Assembly: GCF_001194135.2 (NCBI RefSeq)
Contig: NC_068982.1
Coordinates: 123,737,868-123,801,867 of the forward strand
Reading direction: 5' to 3'
Length of the DNA: 64,000 nt
Source of the DNA: Octopus bimaculoides
Lineage: Eukaryota
Part shown: positions 1 to 13,260 of the stretch, in pieces
Position numbering within the stretch: the first letter of the stretch is position 1
Layout: every line of letters starts with the position of its first letter
Program-made: the position numbers and the translations under genes
The notes under the pieces: model-generated
The model's input: only the letters and a program-made list of their open reading frames with translations
What the model was told of the DNA's origin: nothing
Database searches by the model: none

Positions 1-502
1 TCAGTTTCTATGCATACATGCATACAGAGACAAATATTTACACACATACATGCATGCATGAATACGTACATGCATATATACATGTACACATACACACACA
101 CATACATACATATGACAGGCTTCTATACAGTNNNNNNNNNNNNNNNNNNNNNNNNNNNNNNNNNNNNNNNNNNNNNNNNNNNNNNNNNNNNNNNNNNNNN
201 NNNNNNNNNNNNNNNNNNNNNNNNNNNNNNNNNNNNNNNNNNNNNNNNNNNNNNNNNNNNNNNNNNNNNNNNNNNNNNNNNNNNNNNNNNNNNNNNNNNN
301 NNNNNNNNNNNNNNNNNNNNNNNNNNNNNNNNNNNNNNNNNNNNNNNNNNNNNNNNNTTATATTTATGAAACAAATTTATTAACACCAAGCCATGTCTGT
401 GCCAAGCCATGCCTAAATAACTTAAAACAAAGCAAAATTGAAATTGTGTAGGCATTATCTCTCCAGTATTTTACTCAAATTTAACGAATATAATTGTTCC
501 TC

Positions 503-549
<47 letters not shown>

Positions 550-3422
550 GACATAACTAGTACTGATTTGGGTTTAGTCTTAGTCTAGGTTTGGAAAGAA
601 ATGTAAGAGTGTTGAAAGTTGCAGCTGTCAGATGCTGTCAGCATCCAAATTTCTTTTGTTTTCTGATAATCTTCAGACTAAAATAATCACCTCTACAACA
701 CATGACTTGCTCCTGATGCCAACAACAGACTCATGGTAAAAAATAGCTGAAGAAATGTGCGAAAGCCAAAAGAAATCTTTCTTAAATGCTATCTTATTAG
801 AAATTTTTCTAAAAGCTATCTTTTACACAGTATGAAATGAAAAGAACAGAGTTGAGGACAACTAGCTTGATCTTAACAGACAGCCTATTTCTAATCATAA
901 ACTAGGTTTAAGGCTGGAACACTACTACAATTAGTTGTTAATATCTTTGTAAAAGTTGTGGAAAAATTTAACAGACTTGAAAGAAAGAAACAGAACGAAA
1001 GAAACTGTTATGGGTTGCAGACTATGTACAGGAGTAAATGCCTTACTGAAAATAAGAATAACAATAAATGAATATAAAAAAAATAAATAAAATGAAAGAT
1101 GAATTTGCTAAACTGAAACAATGAAAAGTAAATGTTAGAAGAGTTATGTAAAACGAAACAAGAATATAAGAGGAAAATATATTAATAATGATATTAGAAC
1201 TCAGCCATAATTTAAAGAAGGTTGCATAGAAGTGTTATGAGTGGCTAAGGATTGTGAATCGAAGAAAGATTCCACCAATATTTCCTGTACCTGAACAGTC
1301 AGTTGAATTTATTGGGGTATTTATTTTAAAATAATTGTGACATGTAAAAAGTACCCATGCTGGTGCCACATAAAAGCACCCAGTACACTCTGTAAAGTGG
1401 TTGGTGTTAGGAAGGGCATCCAGCCATAGAAACCATGCCAAAACAGACAACTCTGGAGCTTGGTGCAACCATCCAACTTGCCAGCTTCTGTCAAACTGTC
1501 CAAGCTATGGTGATAAATTATGATGCATTTCGTTTTTGTATTTGCTTTGAAAGTCTGCTGATCTTCTCAGGAAGATCATTAAACCAATAATTAAAGCATG
1601 TACTGGTTCTATTTCACTGTTTTATTATTTATTTTTCATTTGCTTAATGGTCAAACCAATTAACTTATTGATTGTTTGATTAATCATTTGGCTGTTCAAT
1701 CAATCAGTTTATTACTGCCCTTTTTTCGCCATTTACCTCATCAATGACATACGCCCTCTACTCCAAGTCTGCTTCAGATCTCTCTGATGCAATATATAAT
1801 TATGATACAGCATACGATGTAACAATAAACAATATACAATTGAATATTACTTTACGCAACAATAAAAAAGATGTAATCACCAGTATTTATTCAGAAAACC
1901 CTTCTAGAAAATGGCATTTTGTTATAAATGCAAAAGACAAGTGAAGGCAAGTAACAGATGAAATGAGAGTAAATTTATAATAAAACAATACTTGAAGTAG
2001 TGTTGAAATTTGAATCATAAAAATATACGAGTTAAGAAGAAATGAGATGATTTTTGTATATTTAATATTAATAAAGGATAAGTAAGATAATGATGAAAGC
2101 GAGAGCCATAATGAGGGTGATGATATACAGAAGAAGAAAATACTCTGTTATTGGTTAGCCCCTAGTCAACACTAATCCAGCAGATCTGTAATCAAAAGCA
2201 TTCCAGCTATTACAATGCTGTCCTTTTCTTTGATGTTATGTTTCTAGGACTCTGCATTATTTGATGCATACTCTCTTCTAATGTTGCTAGGGTTTGTTGT
2301 GTGGTCTTTCTCACTACCAGAGCAAATTGAAAGGCCATAAAGAGGCACCCCTGTCTGGTCTTTGTTACATGCAGAGGTTGTAACTTCTTGAATTTCATCC
2401 ACCCCTTTGCCACATTTTTCATTACTAATTACACTACCCAGTAAAGAGAAACTACCTACTATTTCTTGTACACTAATTACTCTTAACTTCTTAATACAAC
2501 TAAAGACTGTTCCATGCCATCTAACCAGAAACCATGTAAAATCTCTTATCTATCCATTATTACTCAGCATTGAGTTCCTGTTCATTATCACTGAATGGTG
2601 CTGAGATTTTGTACATTTTGTTCTTAACTAGTACTTTGATTCTTAACTAGTACTAAATGCAAAATAGAAAGTTGTTTGATGATGGCTAAGAACTTCTTTT
2701 GCAAATGTCTCATTAGGAATATTGCATCTGTTGACTTCACATCCTGATTCAACCTATCAAACCTAAATTGTTATACACTTTATATGTGCAATATCAATAA
2801 TAATAATTGAAATAATAATATGATTTCTTTGGTAAATACAAGTACAATCAGATGTCCACACATGCAGACATTTCCTTCATCAGTACCAGAGGGTAGCAGT
2901 ACCCTGAGAAAGATCATGTTGAGAAGGCCTAAATGACAGATGGCTCTAAGATGATAAGCCAGCATCTTGGTTGGCTTCTGTCAATGATAGCTGGCTACTG
3001 TCATTGTTCTAAATAGAACAACATGTAAAATTAAAACAGAATGCAAGAAGTCATCAAAATGAATAGCCCTCGTATGTTGTTGCCATTCTGGAATATACAT
3101 ATATTTTATTTTGATTTGGATACATTATGTTGGTTGGTATATGCATGTATATAGTCATGGTTTGTATATCTGCAGGCTATCATGATGGCACAGTGTGCTG
3201 TTCAAAACAGATTGTAGTTTTCTGAGAAGAGTAGAGAGCGGTTGATTGGACTCATGGACAGTGATTCTAGGGGTTGTATTGCTATATTTAACATGACATA
3301 ATATCGTGAGAAATACTTTTAAATTATTGCTGTTGGAATTGATGTTGTTTTTCTTGAAAAAAAAAATCATAAAAATTTATGCAAATTATAGAAACATTTA
3401 TTATTTTTTTTTTATCTTGTAG

Positions 3423-3652
3423 TTGTTGGACCTGTTGTAAAAACCACAGATCCTGATAAATTCCAAGAAGAACTGCGCAATCTCTATCCACAAGGAGGAG
3501 GTGATTGTCCAGAGATGAGTATCGGTGCAATAAAAAGAGCTTTAGAAGAATCTCTACCACACTCTTATATTTATGTCTTCACTGATGCCACATCTAAGGA
3601 TTATGAACTCACACAAGAAGTATTATCCCTCATACAAAACAAGCAAAGTCAG
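3423..3652 (+). CDS. HMCN1: Hemicentin coding exon (VWA domain, middle part); 230 nt, phase 1 to phase 0
   Basis: Acceptor ttttatcttgtAG at 3421-3422; donor CAG|GTAAAT at 3653. Reads [76 protein letters not shown]. This matches the hemicentin VWA segment as I recall it ([14 protein letters not shown]...IYVFTDA.SKDY...Q.KQSQ). The symbol indicates family; HMCN1/HMCN2 orthology is not resolved. Confidence 0.93.
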
Positions 3653-4214
3653 GTAAATAATAAAATACATTCTCTTACTAATCTTGCATTGTTTGCCTAA
3701 ATCTAAACTACATACAAACATGTTATATTCCTCTTATATCTCAAAAAGAATTTAGTGCTTTCATCTCTGTCCTTAGAACTAAGGTTCTACAACTGTCGGA
3801 AGATAGGCTGTAAGACTGTGTCTGTCTTACAGCTTGGTGGGTTAGTTGGTTGGTTGGTTGGTAGTTCAAACCCTGTCCCCAGCACTGTATTGTGCTTGTG
3901 AAACTAACTCATTTGTAGCTGTAAACAAGTATTGTGATGTTGGAACATTTCACCTCTGTTAACAGCAGTGGCAGTAGCAGTAGCTGTACTATGCTACAAT
4001 ACTGCAACTGTTTCCTTAGCTGCAATGTTGCTACAGACCTGACTGCATGGTTAAAATTTTTCACTTTGCAACCATGTGGTTTCATGCTCGATTTCATTGT
4101 GTGACACCCTGTAGCCTGAAGTTGCCCAACACTTTATGAGTGGAATTTGATAAACAGAAAGTATTTGCAGGCCGGTTGTGTGCATGTGTGTGTGTGTGTA
4201 TGTGTGTGTGTGTA

Positions 4215-4247
<33 letters not shown>

Positions 4248-4989
4248 GTGGGGAGTGTGTCCATTTGTCTCTGCATTGACACCATTTGGGCAGCAGTGAT
4301 GTATTTTTTTCTTTGTCCTGCATAAGCAATATGTCTATCAGTTATGCAGTTTGATGTGTGAACACCAATGGAATAATGTATCTTGCTTGAAAATAATGTA
4401 AAGGTTAGTGTCAGCAGTAGAATACACCTTTAAGTTCTCATTCAACCCATGCCAGCATTAAAAAAGTATTAAAGAACAATGATGATGATGATGATGATGA
4501 CAGATGATGAAGGTGATGACAGATAATGATGAACAATGTTGATGAGGATGATGACTGATGATGTTGATGATGAGATCAACTCTTCATATAATTGTAGTTT
4601 CAGGAAGGATGATCTCTTCAAACAACACCTACAATTTGTCCTCAACGTGTTACATAATCCACTGAATTATAGAACTTGCAATAATGAACACACATGAAAG
4701 TGTAGTGACAAGCTCCCAGAAAGTCAAAATCTGAAACAAAAGTTAAATTCGCAATTGAGCTGCATTCACCTCCACTTAAATTCTCACACCAACATCTTTT
4801 GGCTGTAGTTAATGACTTGGAGTGGGGGTGGGGGTGTCAACTGATTACCCTCAAAACATTGCATGAAAGTGAAGCCTTCAATTACAAACCAATAACTTAT
4901 TAAGGGTTACATAACTTTTATTTTTAATAGCTAGCACCATAGATCTGAGAAGTGCTAATACACCGACTTGAGAACAGCAATTCTATATC

Positions 4990-5220
4990 TCTTTACTCTT
5001 TTACTCTTTTACTTTTTTACTTGTTTCAGTCATTTGACTGTGGCCATACTGGAGCACCACCTTCAGTTGAGCAAATCGACCCCAGGACTTATTCCTTGTA
5101 AGCCTAGTACTTATTCTATCTGTCTCTTTTGCTGAACCACTAAGTTATGGGGACGTAAACACACCTCCATCAGTTGTCAAGCGATGTTGGGGAGACAAAC
5201 ACAGACACACAAACAAATAT

Positions 5221-5265
<45 letters not shown>

Positions 5266-5432
5266 TACAATGGGCTTCTTTCAGTTTCCGTCTACCAAAT
5301 CAACTCGCAAGGCTTTTGGTCGGCCCGAGGCTATAGTAGAAGACACTTGCCCAAAGTGTGACGCAGTGGGAATGAACCTGGAACCGTGTGGTTGGTAAGC
5401 AAGCTACTTACCACACAGCCACTCCTGTGCCT
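4990..5432 (-). mobile_element. tRNA-derived SINE family A (central microsatellite), well-preserved copy
   Basis: Reverse complement of 57421-57830. Other copies at about 7165-7630(-), 8815-9160(+), 10180-10990(-), 11450-11910(+), 13555-13920(-), 34825-35250(-), 35850-35990(+), 36780-37017(+), 43100-43510(-), 50325-50490(-), 55180-55370(-), 55690-56030(-), 58480-58640(-), 60250-60420(+) and 60435-60760(-). Confidence 0.9.
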
Positions 5433-6944
5433 ATGTTTACTTGTTATTGTTTTTTATACTTACAATATTCTTGTAAAAGAGGTAACAGTTGTTCCAAGAA
5501 AGACACAAAGTGAAGATTTCAATATATTTTCTCAGTTGGTGGTGAGAAAAAAGAAGTATAACACTAAACTTAACTTCCTACATCAAAGTTTTTGTGTTAG
5601 TGCAATTTTTTTTTGTGAAATTATATCAATTCAAAGCTTAGGTTAATAAATGAGTTTTGTTTATTTTTATACTAAGATTATTTTATTATTTTTACTTGTT
5701 TAATGTATATATTGTAAGTAGCTTATGTCAAATTCCACTTCATTAAGTAGAAAAATACATATTTCTTCTTGGTTGCATCCTGAACATGTTACAAATTAGT
5801 GTTGCAGATTATAACTATTGCTGATTTCATTGACCTGGAAGGACTCACTAACTTTCATAGAATTGGAAAAATTTAACATTAAGTAATGATTCAACAGATA
5901 TCATGTCCATTGTTCTTGTTGACTACACTGAGTCAACTTTTTAATGTCTGTGGATGCAAATATTGCATATAGATTCATAGTAACCCTTTTGTTACCATAT
6001 TTCTGTTGAAATACTCTGTCTTTGTTGCAATTAATTTTTAAACTTCATTTCTTAATTGTCCTATTATGATGGATATTCTGTTTGTCTCTTCTTTTATTCT
6101 TACAATGCCATTTTAATACTAATTTCATTAAATTACCTAAAGTAGTCCCTTTTTTTTGTCATTTCATTACTCATTGCTTCTTTTTCTTGTCCATCACCAA
6201 AACCACCCCCACCACCACCAGTAGAAATAGCTGTGGTTTCTTACTGGTGTGGACACTTCAAAAAAGCAAACAACTCAGCTTGCCCATTAAAGGAGTTCTT
6301 TGTGGTCAGGGTGGTTGTGGTTTTGTGGGATTTCCATGAGCAGCCCTATGAAATCTCCCTCTTTTGGGGAATTTTCATTTTTACTGTTTACATATTTCTA
6401 TTTATGTAACCCTGCATTATTTTGTACTGTACTGTCCCCAATGTTTTTGTGAGTACTTAATAGTAAATAAAGAAAGCATTACAATTAACCAACTAGTTAA
6501 TAAACCAATTAACTAATTATTTGCTGGATTTATCATTAGACCAATCAATCAATCAATGAGTTTTGTTTGTCTAAGTCCTAACCAGCAAGGTGTTTATATT
6601 GGCAAAAATGATCCTCCCAAGATATAACAACATCTGTTTCAACACATGATTTCACATCAAGAATCTTGCAAAACAAATACAAAAACGAAATTTACCTTGT
6701 TTTCCCTTTATTTCTTTTTGCACTGTGTTACTTAAAAAGCTTCCTTAACATCCATAACTGACTTCCTAATTTTGTTGACTTAGCATTCAACTTATAATAT
6801 CTGTATTCCTCGTTAATCAATCCTCTTGATGTATATATAATTCACTTGGAGCTCTCAGGTAGAACATCGTTATAGTTATATTTCTCCATATCATTAATTC
6901 TCTCGCTTTTGAAGACTCCTTAATAATTTTCCTAAACCACAGAA

Positions 6945-6964
6945 TTAGGACAAAATCACCAAGT

Positions 6965-6998
<34 letters not shown>

Positions 6999-7018
6999 AC
7001 TTGGTGATTTTGTCCTAA
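6945..7018. repeat. 74-bp perfect palindrome centred on (TA)n
   Basis: TTAGGACAAAATCACCAAGTATCA-(TA)n-TGATACTTGGTGATTTTGTCCTAA, ending 11 nt before gap 7030-7130. Confidence 0.9.
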
Positions 7019-7638
7019 AGATAATATATNNNNNNNNNNNNNNNNNNNNNNNNNNNNNNNNNNNNNNNNNNNNNNNNNNNNNNNNNNNNNNNNNNNNNNN
7101 NNNNNNNNNNNNNNNNNNNNNNNNNNNNNNTATATATATATGTATATATATATATATTATCTTTAATCTTTTACTTGTTTCAGTCATTAGACTAAGGCCA
7201 TGTTGGGGCACTGCCTTGAAAAATTTCAGTCAAATGCATCAACCCCAGTATTTATTTTTTTTAAAGCCTGGGACTTATTCTATCAGTCTCTTTTGCTAAA
7301 CTGCTAAGTTATGGGGGTGTAAACACTAACACATCAAGCAATGGAGGGGGACAAATGCAGACACAAACACACACGCACATATGTGTACACATGTGCACAC
7401 ACATACACATACAAACACACATACACACACATGAAAAATGTGCACATGTGCAAACACACATGCATGCACACACACACTCATGGGCACATGCATACACACA
7501 CACGACACGCTTCTTTCAGTTCTCGTTTATGAAATCCACTCACAAAGCTTTGGTTGGCCTGACTCTTGCCCAAGGTGCCATGCAGTGGGACTGACTAAAC
7601 CTGAAGCCATGTGTTTGGGAAGCAAACATCTGATATAA

Positions 7639-7670
<32 letters not shown>

Positions 7671-7678
7671 TGTCATAT

Positions 7679-8062
7679 GGAGGCGCAATGGCCCAGTGGT
7701 TAGGGCAGCGGACTCAGGGTCATAGGATCGTGGTTTCGATTCCCAGACCGGGCATTGTGAGTGTTTATTGAGCGAAAACACCTAAAGCTCCACGAGGCTC
7801 CGGCAGGGGATGGTGGCAAACCCTGCTGTACTCTTTCACCACAACTTTCTCTCACTCTTTCTTCCTGTTTCTGTTGTACCTGTATTTCAAAGGGCCAGTT
7901 TTGTCACACTCTGTGTCACTCTGAATCTCCCCGAGAACTACATTAAGGGTACACGTGTCTATGGAGTGCTCAGCCACTTGCACGTTAATTTCATGAGCAG
8001 GCTGTTCCATTGATTGGATCAACTGGAACCCTCAACATTGTAACCGATGGAGTGCCAACAGC
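7679..8062 (+). mobile_element. tRNA-derived SINE family C, full length, RTE-like tail
   Basis: Head GGAGGCGCAATGGCCCAGTGGTTAGG with B-box-like GGTTTCGATTCC; tail ACTGGAACCCTC...GGAGTGCCAACA; TSD AATGTCAT at 7669 and 8063. Confidence 0.9.
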
Positions 8063-8249
8063 AATGTCATTATTCAGTTTTATTTCAAGATTTCTTGCCA
8101 ATAAAAAATATGTCAGTTTCTAACCTAGCTTCAAGGCTCCTTCAGTGGAATTTTAACAACATCAATGGGGTATTTTTGCATGTGTGTATATCTGCAGTAT
8201 TTGGAGTCAGTGCATGTTCAGATTTGCATGTTTTGTTTTATTTATGTAT

Positions 8250-8450
8250 TCTCAGGTTTATATCTGTAATTATTGGCACACAGGTATATGTAACACACTG
8301 CCTAAATATCAATATTGAGAAATTAGGTCTCTCAAAACCAGAAAGGAGAAAGCTAATTCAGAGTCTACCAATCCAAGCCATCACTAGAACTGTAAAAATC
8401 TGTAAAACTTTCCAAAAGTTTATCTAAAGTATATATGTGCATGTCTAGAC
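8250..8450 (+). mobile_element. RLE LINE C-terminal fragment
   Basis: RFISVIIGTQVYVTHCLNINIEKLGLSKPERRKLIQSLPIQAITRTVKICKTFQKFI*. RFIS(V) overlaps the RFMPV end of the 53060 fragment and continues into the V.IG..G C-terminus typical of RLE ORFs. Confidence 0.6.
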
Positions 8451-8764
8451 ATGCAACTTTACATTCTGAGTTCAAATTCTGCCGAGCTCGACTTTGCCTT
8501 TCATCCTTTCAAGATTGATAAACTAAATACCAGTTGTGTACTGGGCTCAATCTAATCAACTGGCTTGCTCCCCCAAAATTTCGGGCCTTGTGCCAAGAGT
8601 AGAAAAGAATATTGGTGGACGTGTATATCTATCAAGAGCTGGGCTCATTTGTTACTGGTGGAGCTATAAATGTAAAGGAAAATTTTGTCTGAGCACATTG
8701 TTCTTAATGGTCTTCCTCAGTCACAAGTGGACAACCATCGTCATCATATGTATGTGTGTGAGTG

Positions 8765-8816
<52 letters not shown>

Positions 8817-9940
8817 GTCCCACTGTGTGGCACCTTGGGCAAGTATCTTCTACTATAGCTTTGGACCGACAAAAGCCTTGTGAATGGATTTAGTAGATGG
8901 AAACTGAAAGAAGCCTGTCATGTGTGTGTGTGTGTGTGTGTGTGTATTTGTGTCTGTTTGTCTGCCACCACCAATTGACAACTGGTGCTGGTATATTTAC
9001 ATCCTTGTTACCTAGCAGTTTGCCAAGAGAGACCAATAGAAAAAGTACTAGGCTTAAAAAAATAAATAAGTCCTTGGGTCAAATTGTCCGACTAAACTTT
9101 TTCAAGGCAGTGCCCCAGCATGGCCGCAGTCAAATGATTGAAACACATAAAACATAAAAGATTCCTTTAACAAAAAGAAAAAGAAATTCCTCACACTCCC
9201 TAGAGCCCCATAGAATAAAGGTACTAAATAAGATTTTCAATTATTTCTATCAAAGCAATTGAATACCAAGAAATTCTTTACATTGTTATCGACTCCTTCA
9301 AAGATGCTACGAAATTCAACCTCCAAAGATATTTAAAAAGGTATTCTCAATATAGCTATCTCATTTATCACATTTTTCACTGCTCAACACTTGCTTACAA
9401 CAATTTCACTCAACTACTAAATCATTACACATATTAGATGAAATTTTTAGGGAAGAAACCTGGCTAACCACAATAGGAAATAGGAGGAAAAGAAAATAGT
9501 GAAAGTAAACCAAAAGAAAAAAAAACCCATTTGACATTCTTCTTTTGTTATCCACTCATCAAAAATACTCACACATCATTTGAGAATAAAAATAGCTGAT
9601 AGTTGGCCAATTACTCCAGAATAAGAAGATAATGCTATGTATAAATATCTGTTACCACAGCATACCCAGCACAGTTTCTCATTAAAAATAAAATGAAATA
9701 GCAGTCTCAATAAACAAATCCACTGCTTCATAAAACATATTAGAGAACATCCGCTTCTTTCATTTATAACACCCATTAACATATTACACAACACTCTCAA
9801 CATTATATTCAACCTATATTGAAGACATAAGGTAAAAAAAAAAGGTAAAGTAAAACCTAAAAGAAAATTCATGCTAAAATTGTATTTGATTAGAATAAGT
9901 TCATCAGATTTGCCTGTGTCTTTGGTAATCCCATCTAAGC

Positions 9941-10103
9941 CACTAACGTAGCTAGGGCCGGTAGGGGCAGTCCGTCCCGGGTGGCTCTTTTAAAGGGGCA
10001 CCACTTTTGGGTCTGCTGTAGACAATATGTGTTTTTTGTGGGGTCCGGGGGGTGGCAAGCAAAAGGGCCGCCCCAGGCAACACAGACACTAGCTAGGCTA
10101 GTG
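9941..10103 (-). mobile_element. 163-bp hAT-like MITE, copy 1
   Basis: TIRs CACTAACGTAGCTAG / CTAGCTAGGCTAGTG; degenerate 8-bp TSD ATCTAAGC/ATCTGAAC (6/8). Reverse complement of 10755-10923; strand is given relative to copy 2. Confidence 0.75.
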
Positions 10104-10470
10104 ATCTGAACCCTTACTTTTTCTATCAAAACCAATAATGCAAAGCTTCTTAGCTTCTGTCTGTCAATCTTTTATCTTTTACCTTTTACTTGTTTCTGTC
10201 ATTGATCTGGGGCCACTCTGGGGCACTGCCTTCAAGGTTTAGTCAAACAAATTGACATCAGTAGTTAATTTTAAGTCTGGTACTTGTTCTATCATTCTCT
10301 TATGCTGAGCCACTAATTTTCAGGGACAAGGGACATAAACAAACCAACAACGATGGTCAAGTAGTGGAGTGGGTGATGGCGATAAACACAACCACAAACA
10401 CACATGCACACGTACGCACACACACACACACAATGGGCATCCACATAGTTTCTGTCTTGTAAATTCACTC

Positions 10471-10830
10471 ACAAGGCATTGGTCAGTCTGGGGTTATAGT
10501 AAGAGACTTTTGATCCACTAGCATAGCTAGAGTGTGTGCTGCCCAGGGAGGTGGGGGGGCTTCCATTTTCCACCCCCAGACCCCACAAAAAGCACAAGAC
10601 ATTGGTCAGTCTGGTGTTATAGTAAGAGACACTTGATCCACTAGCGTAGCTAGAGTGTGCTGCCCAGGGCAGCCCTTCCATTTTCCACCCCTGGATCCCA
10701 CAAAAAATACAAGGCATTGGTCAGTCTGGGGTTTATAGTAAGAGATGCTTGATCCACTAGCATAGCGAGAGTGTGTGCCATGCAGGGCAACCCTTCCATT
10801 TGCCACCCCTGGATCCCACAAAAAACATAT
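10471..10830. repeat. Three diverged tandem units (~115-123 bp) of SINE fragment plus MITE left end
   Basis: Units start ACAAG(G/A)CATTGGTCAGTCTGG at 10471, 10594 and 10709; each continues into GATC-CACTAGC. Confidence 0.9.
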
Positions 10831-10923
10831 ATTGCCTACAGCAGACCCAAAAGTGGTACCTCTTTAAAAGTGCTGCCCAGGGCAGACTACCCCTACCATC
10901 CTCTACCACTAGCTACACTAGTG
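10755..10923 (+). mobile_element. 169-bp hAT-like MITE, copy 2, inserted in a SINE
   Basis: TIR consensus CACTAGCGTAGCTAG. The right flank ACTTGATC (10924-10931) is identical to the left flank of duplicated unit 2 (10631-10638) and nearly identical to 10747-10754 (GCTTGATC), giving an 8-bp TSD. Confidence 0.8.
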
Positions 10924-11604
10924 ACTTGATCAAGACCCAAGATACTGTGCTGTGGGGCTGAACCCGAAACTTTGTGGTTGCAAAAAAAGCTTCTCAAAGC
11001 CATGCCCGCCCCTCAAAATACATCTGTTCAAAAAGCACAGAAACATGCAACCATATGTCAGACTTATACATAACATTTACCCCTACACTTATTCACCTCT
11101 CACTACATTAACTTTCAACATATATTTGACCATTTATCTATGCTTCTATCTATCTGTCACTCTCCCCTTGCACTTTGGTTACCTTACCCATCCCTGCTGA
11201 TTCTCCTGCTTACATACACTCTCCATGGATATTTTTGTAACGTTGCAGATATCAGATAGACAGAACTGAATAAATAACTAGACAAAAATATGATTCCACT
11301 CCTTGATATCTTGGTTGTAGTTGGTACTAGGAGAATAATTCCGCTAGACAGTACTGAAAAGAAGACTTGGTCACTGGAAAAATACTCGTAGAAAGAGTCT
11401 GACCTCCTTTATAGAAAAGAAAAAAAAACGTATCATTTTCTTATAGATGCAGGCATAGCTGTATGGTAAGAAGTTTGCTTTCCAACCACTTGGTTCTGGT
11501 TCAGTCCCTTTACGTGACACCTTGGGCAAGTGTCTTCTATTATAGCCATAAGCTGACCAAAGCCTTATGAGTGGATCTGGTAGACTGAAATTGAAAGAAA
11601 CCTG

Positions 11605-11635
<31 letters not shown>

Positions 11636-12664
11636 TGTGTGTGTGTGTGTGTGCGTGTGTGCGTGTGCGTGCACGCATGTGTCTCTGTATGTCTTTGTAT
11701 CTGTGTTTATCCACCACCTCTACATGACAACGGGTATTGGTGTGTTTACCTCCCTGTGACTTAGTGGTTCAGCAAAAGAGACTGATGAAATAAGCACCAG
11801 ACTTTAAAAAAATAAGTTCTAGAGTTGATTCATCTGACTAAAACTTTGCGAGGTGGTGCCCCGGCATGGCCACAGTTCAATGAGTGAAACAAGTAAAAGA
11901 TAAAAAGAAAGATATGTTTACTTTAACAAGTCCCCTGGTAACTGCCCATTGATTGCACATGGACTAGTCCAAGTATATTAAATGCAAACTTACTTGTTCA
12001 CATTGGCAAGGGTCAAAAACAATGCCTCTATTTTCTGCTGGTTCACAAACTCTTCAACTAGAATACTGTGCTCTTAACTGAAATGCCATCTTGAGAGAAT
12101 GTTCTGGTACCTCATCACCATCACATTTACCTCTCTTTGTGGCACCACATTATCTCCCCCTACCACCCATGAATGCCCTCCACAACAAACTAGTCCCTGC
12201 TCATCCCTTCATACATTAGCCTCTCAGTATTTCACATAAAACAAGCATTCTATCTTCTGTTCTCTCTCTCATGCAAGGGAACTCTTTAATCTTGCAAATT
12301 ATTAGGCAACCTCACTAGTGCTGGTGCCATGGAAAATATATCCAATACACTCTGTAAAGTGGATGACATTCGGATGGGCATTCAACTGTAGAAACCAAGC
12401 TAAAATTAGGATACTGGAACCAAGTGTGATCCCATGATTCATTGGATCCCATCTAATTGTCTCACCCATGCCAGAATGGAAAGCAGACATAAAAATGATG
12501 ATGATAAGGAGGAGAAAGTGGGGAGAGAAGAGGGAGGAGGAGAGGAGATAGGAAGAGGTGGAGAATGATAGTGGAGATGATGATGATATTGTTATTCTAT
12601 TGGCATCAGCTATTCAACTCATCTCCAAGAAATCAAAGGAGATATACATAATCATTAAAAGGTA

Positions 12665-12820
12665 TCATCTTGGAATTCCACCTGTTCTTATCTACTACCA
12701 ATTTACTTGGAAATTCTACCTTTTCTTATCAATCATCTATTTACCTGGGAGTTCTACCTTTTCCAAACTATCATTAATTTACCTGGAAATTCTACCTTTT
12801 GTTATCTAGCAATAATTTAA
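12665..12820. repeat. Degenerate ~38-bp minisatellite x4
   Basis: GG(A/G)A(A/G)TTC cores at 12672, 12709, 12747 and 12785 within ATTTACCTGGAAATTCTACCTTTT-like units. Confidence 0.75.
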
Positions 12821-12989
12821 GTTCTGAAAAATTTCAGATCTAAAGGTAATTCATTTTCAGTGATGATTCACAAATGGCTCATATCTTTAGACAATCATGG
12901 TAATTTGAAAATGGTTGCAATCCTCTGAAAGAATCTTCTATTAAAATTGTTGGAATCTGAAACTTCTTCATTGGCTATAACCAGACATA

Positions 12990-13260
12990 AAATGATATTA
13001 ATGATGATGATGACAACAATGACGATGATGATGATGATAATGATGATGACGATGATGATCATGATGATGAAGATGATAATGATGATAATGATAATGATGA
13101 TGATGATGATGATGATGATGACGAGGATGATGATGACAACGACAATGATGTTGCCAATGATGATCATGATGATGATAGTGATGACGATGACGATGATGAT
13201 GACGTTGATATAATGATGATGATGATGATGACAACGATGATGACGACAATGATGATGACT
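12990..13260. repeat. Compound (GAT/GAC/AAT)n trinucleotide tract
   Basis: Seen directly; explains the poly-M/I/H/S ORFs in the track. Confidence 0.97.

Noticed and set aside
7679-7755. tRNA-like sequences (also at 21495, 56177, 57421 and 62160-62233)
   Set aside because: These are SINE heads continuing into SINE bodies with TSDs; I could not draw a complete cloverleaf.
10471-10830. CRISPR-like appearance of regularly spaced repeats
   Set aside because: Whole units are duplicated with no unique spacers, the context is eukaryotic, there are no cas genes, and SINE/MITE junction triplication explains it.
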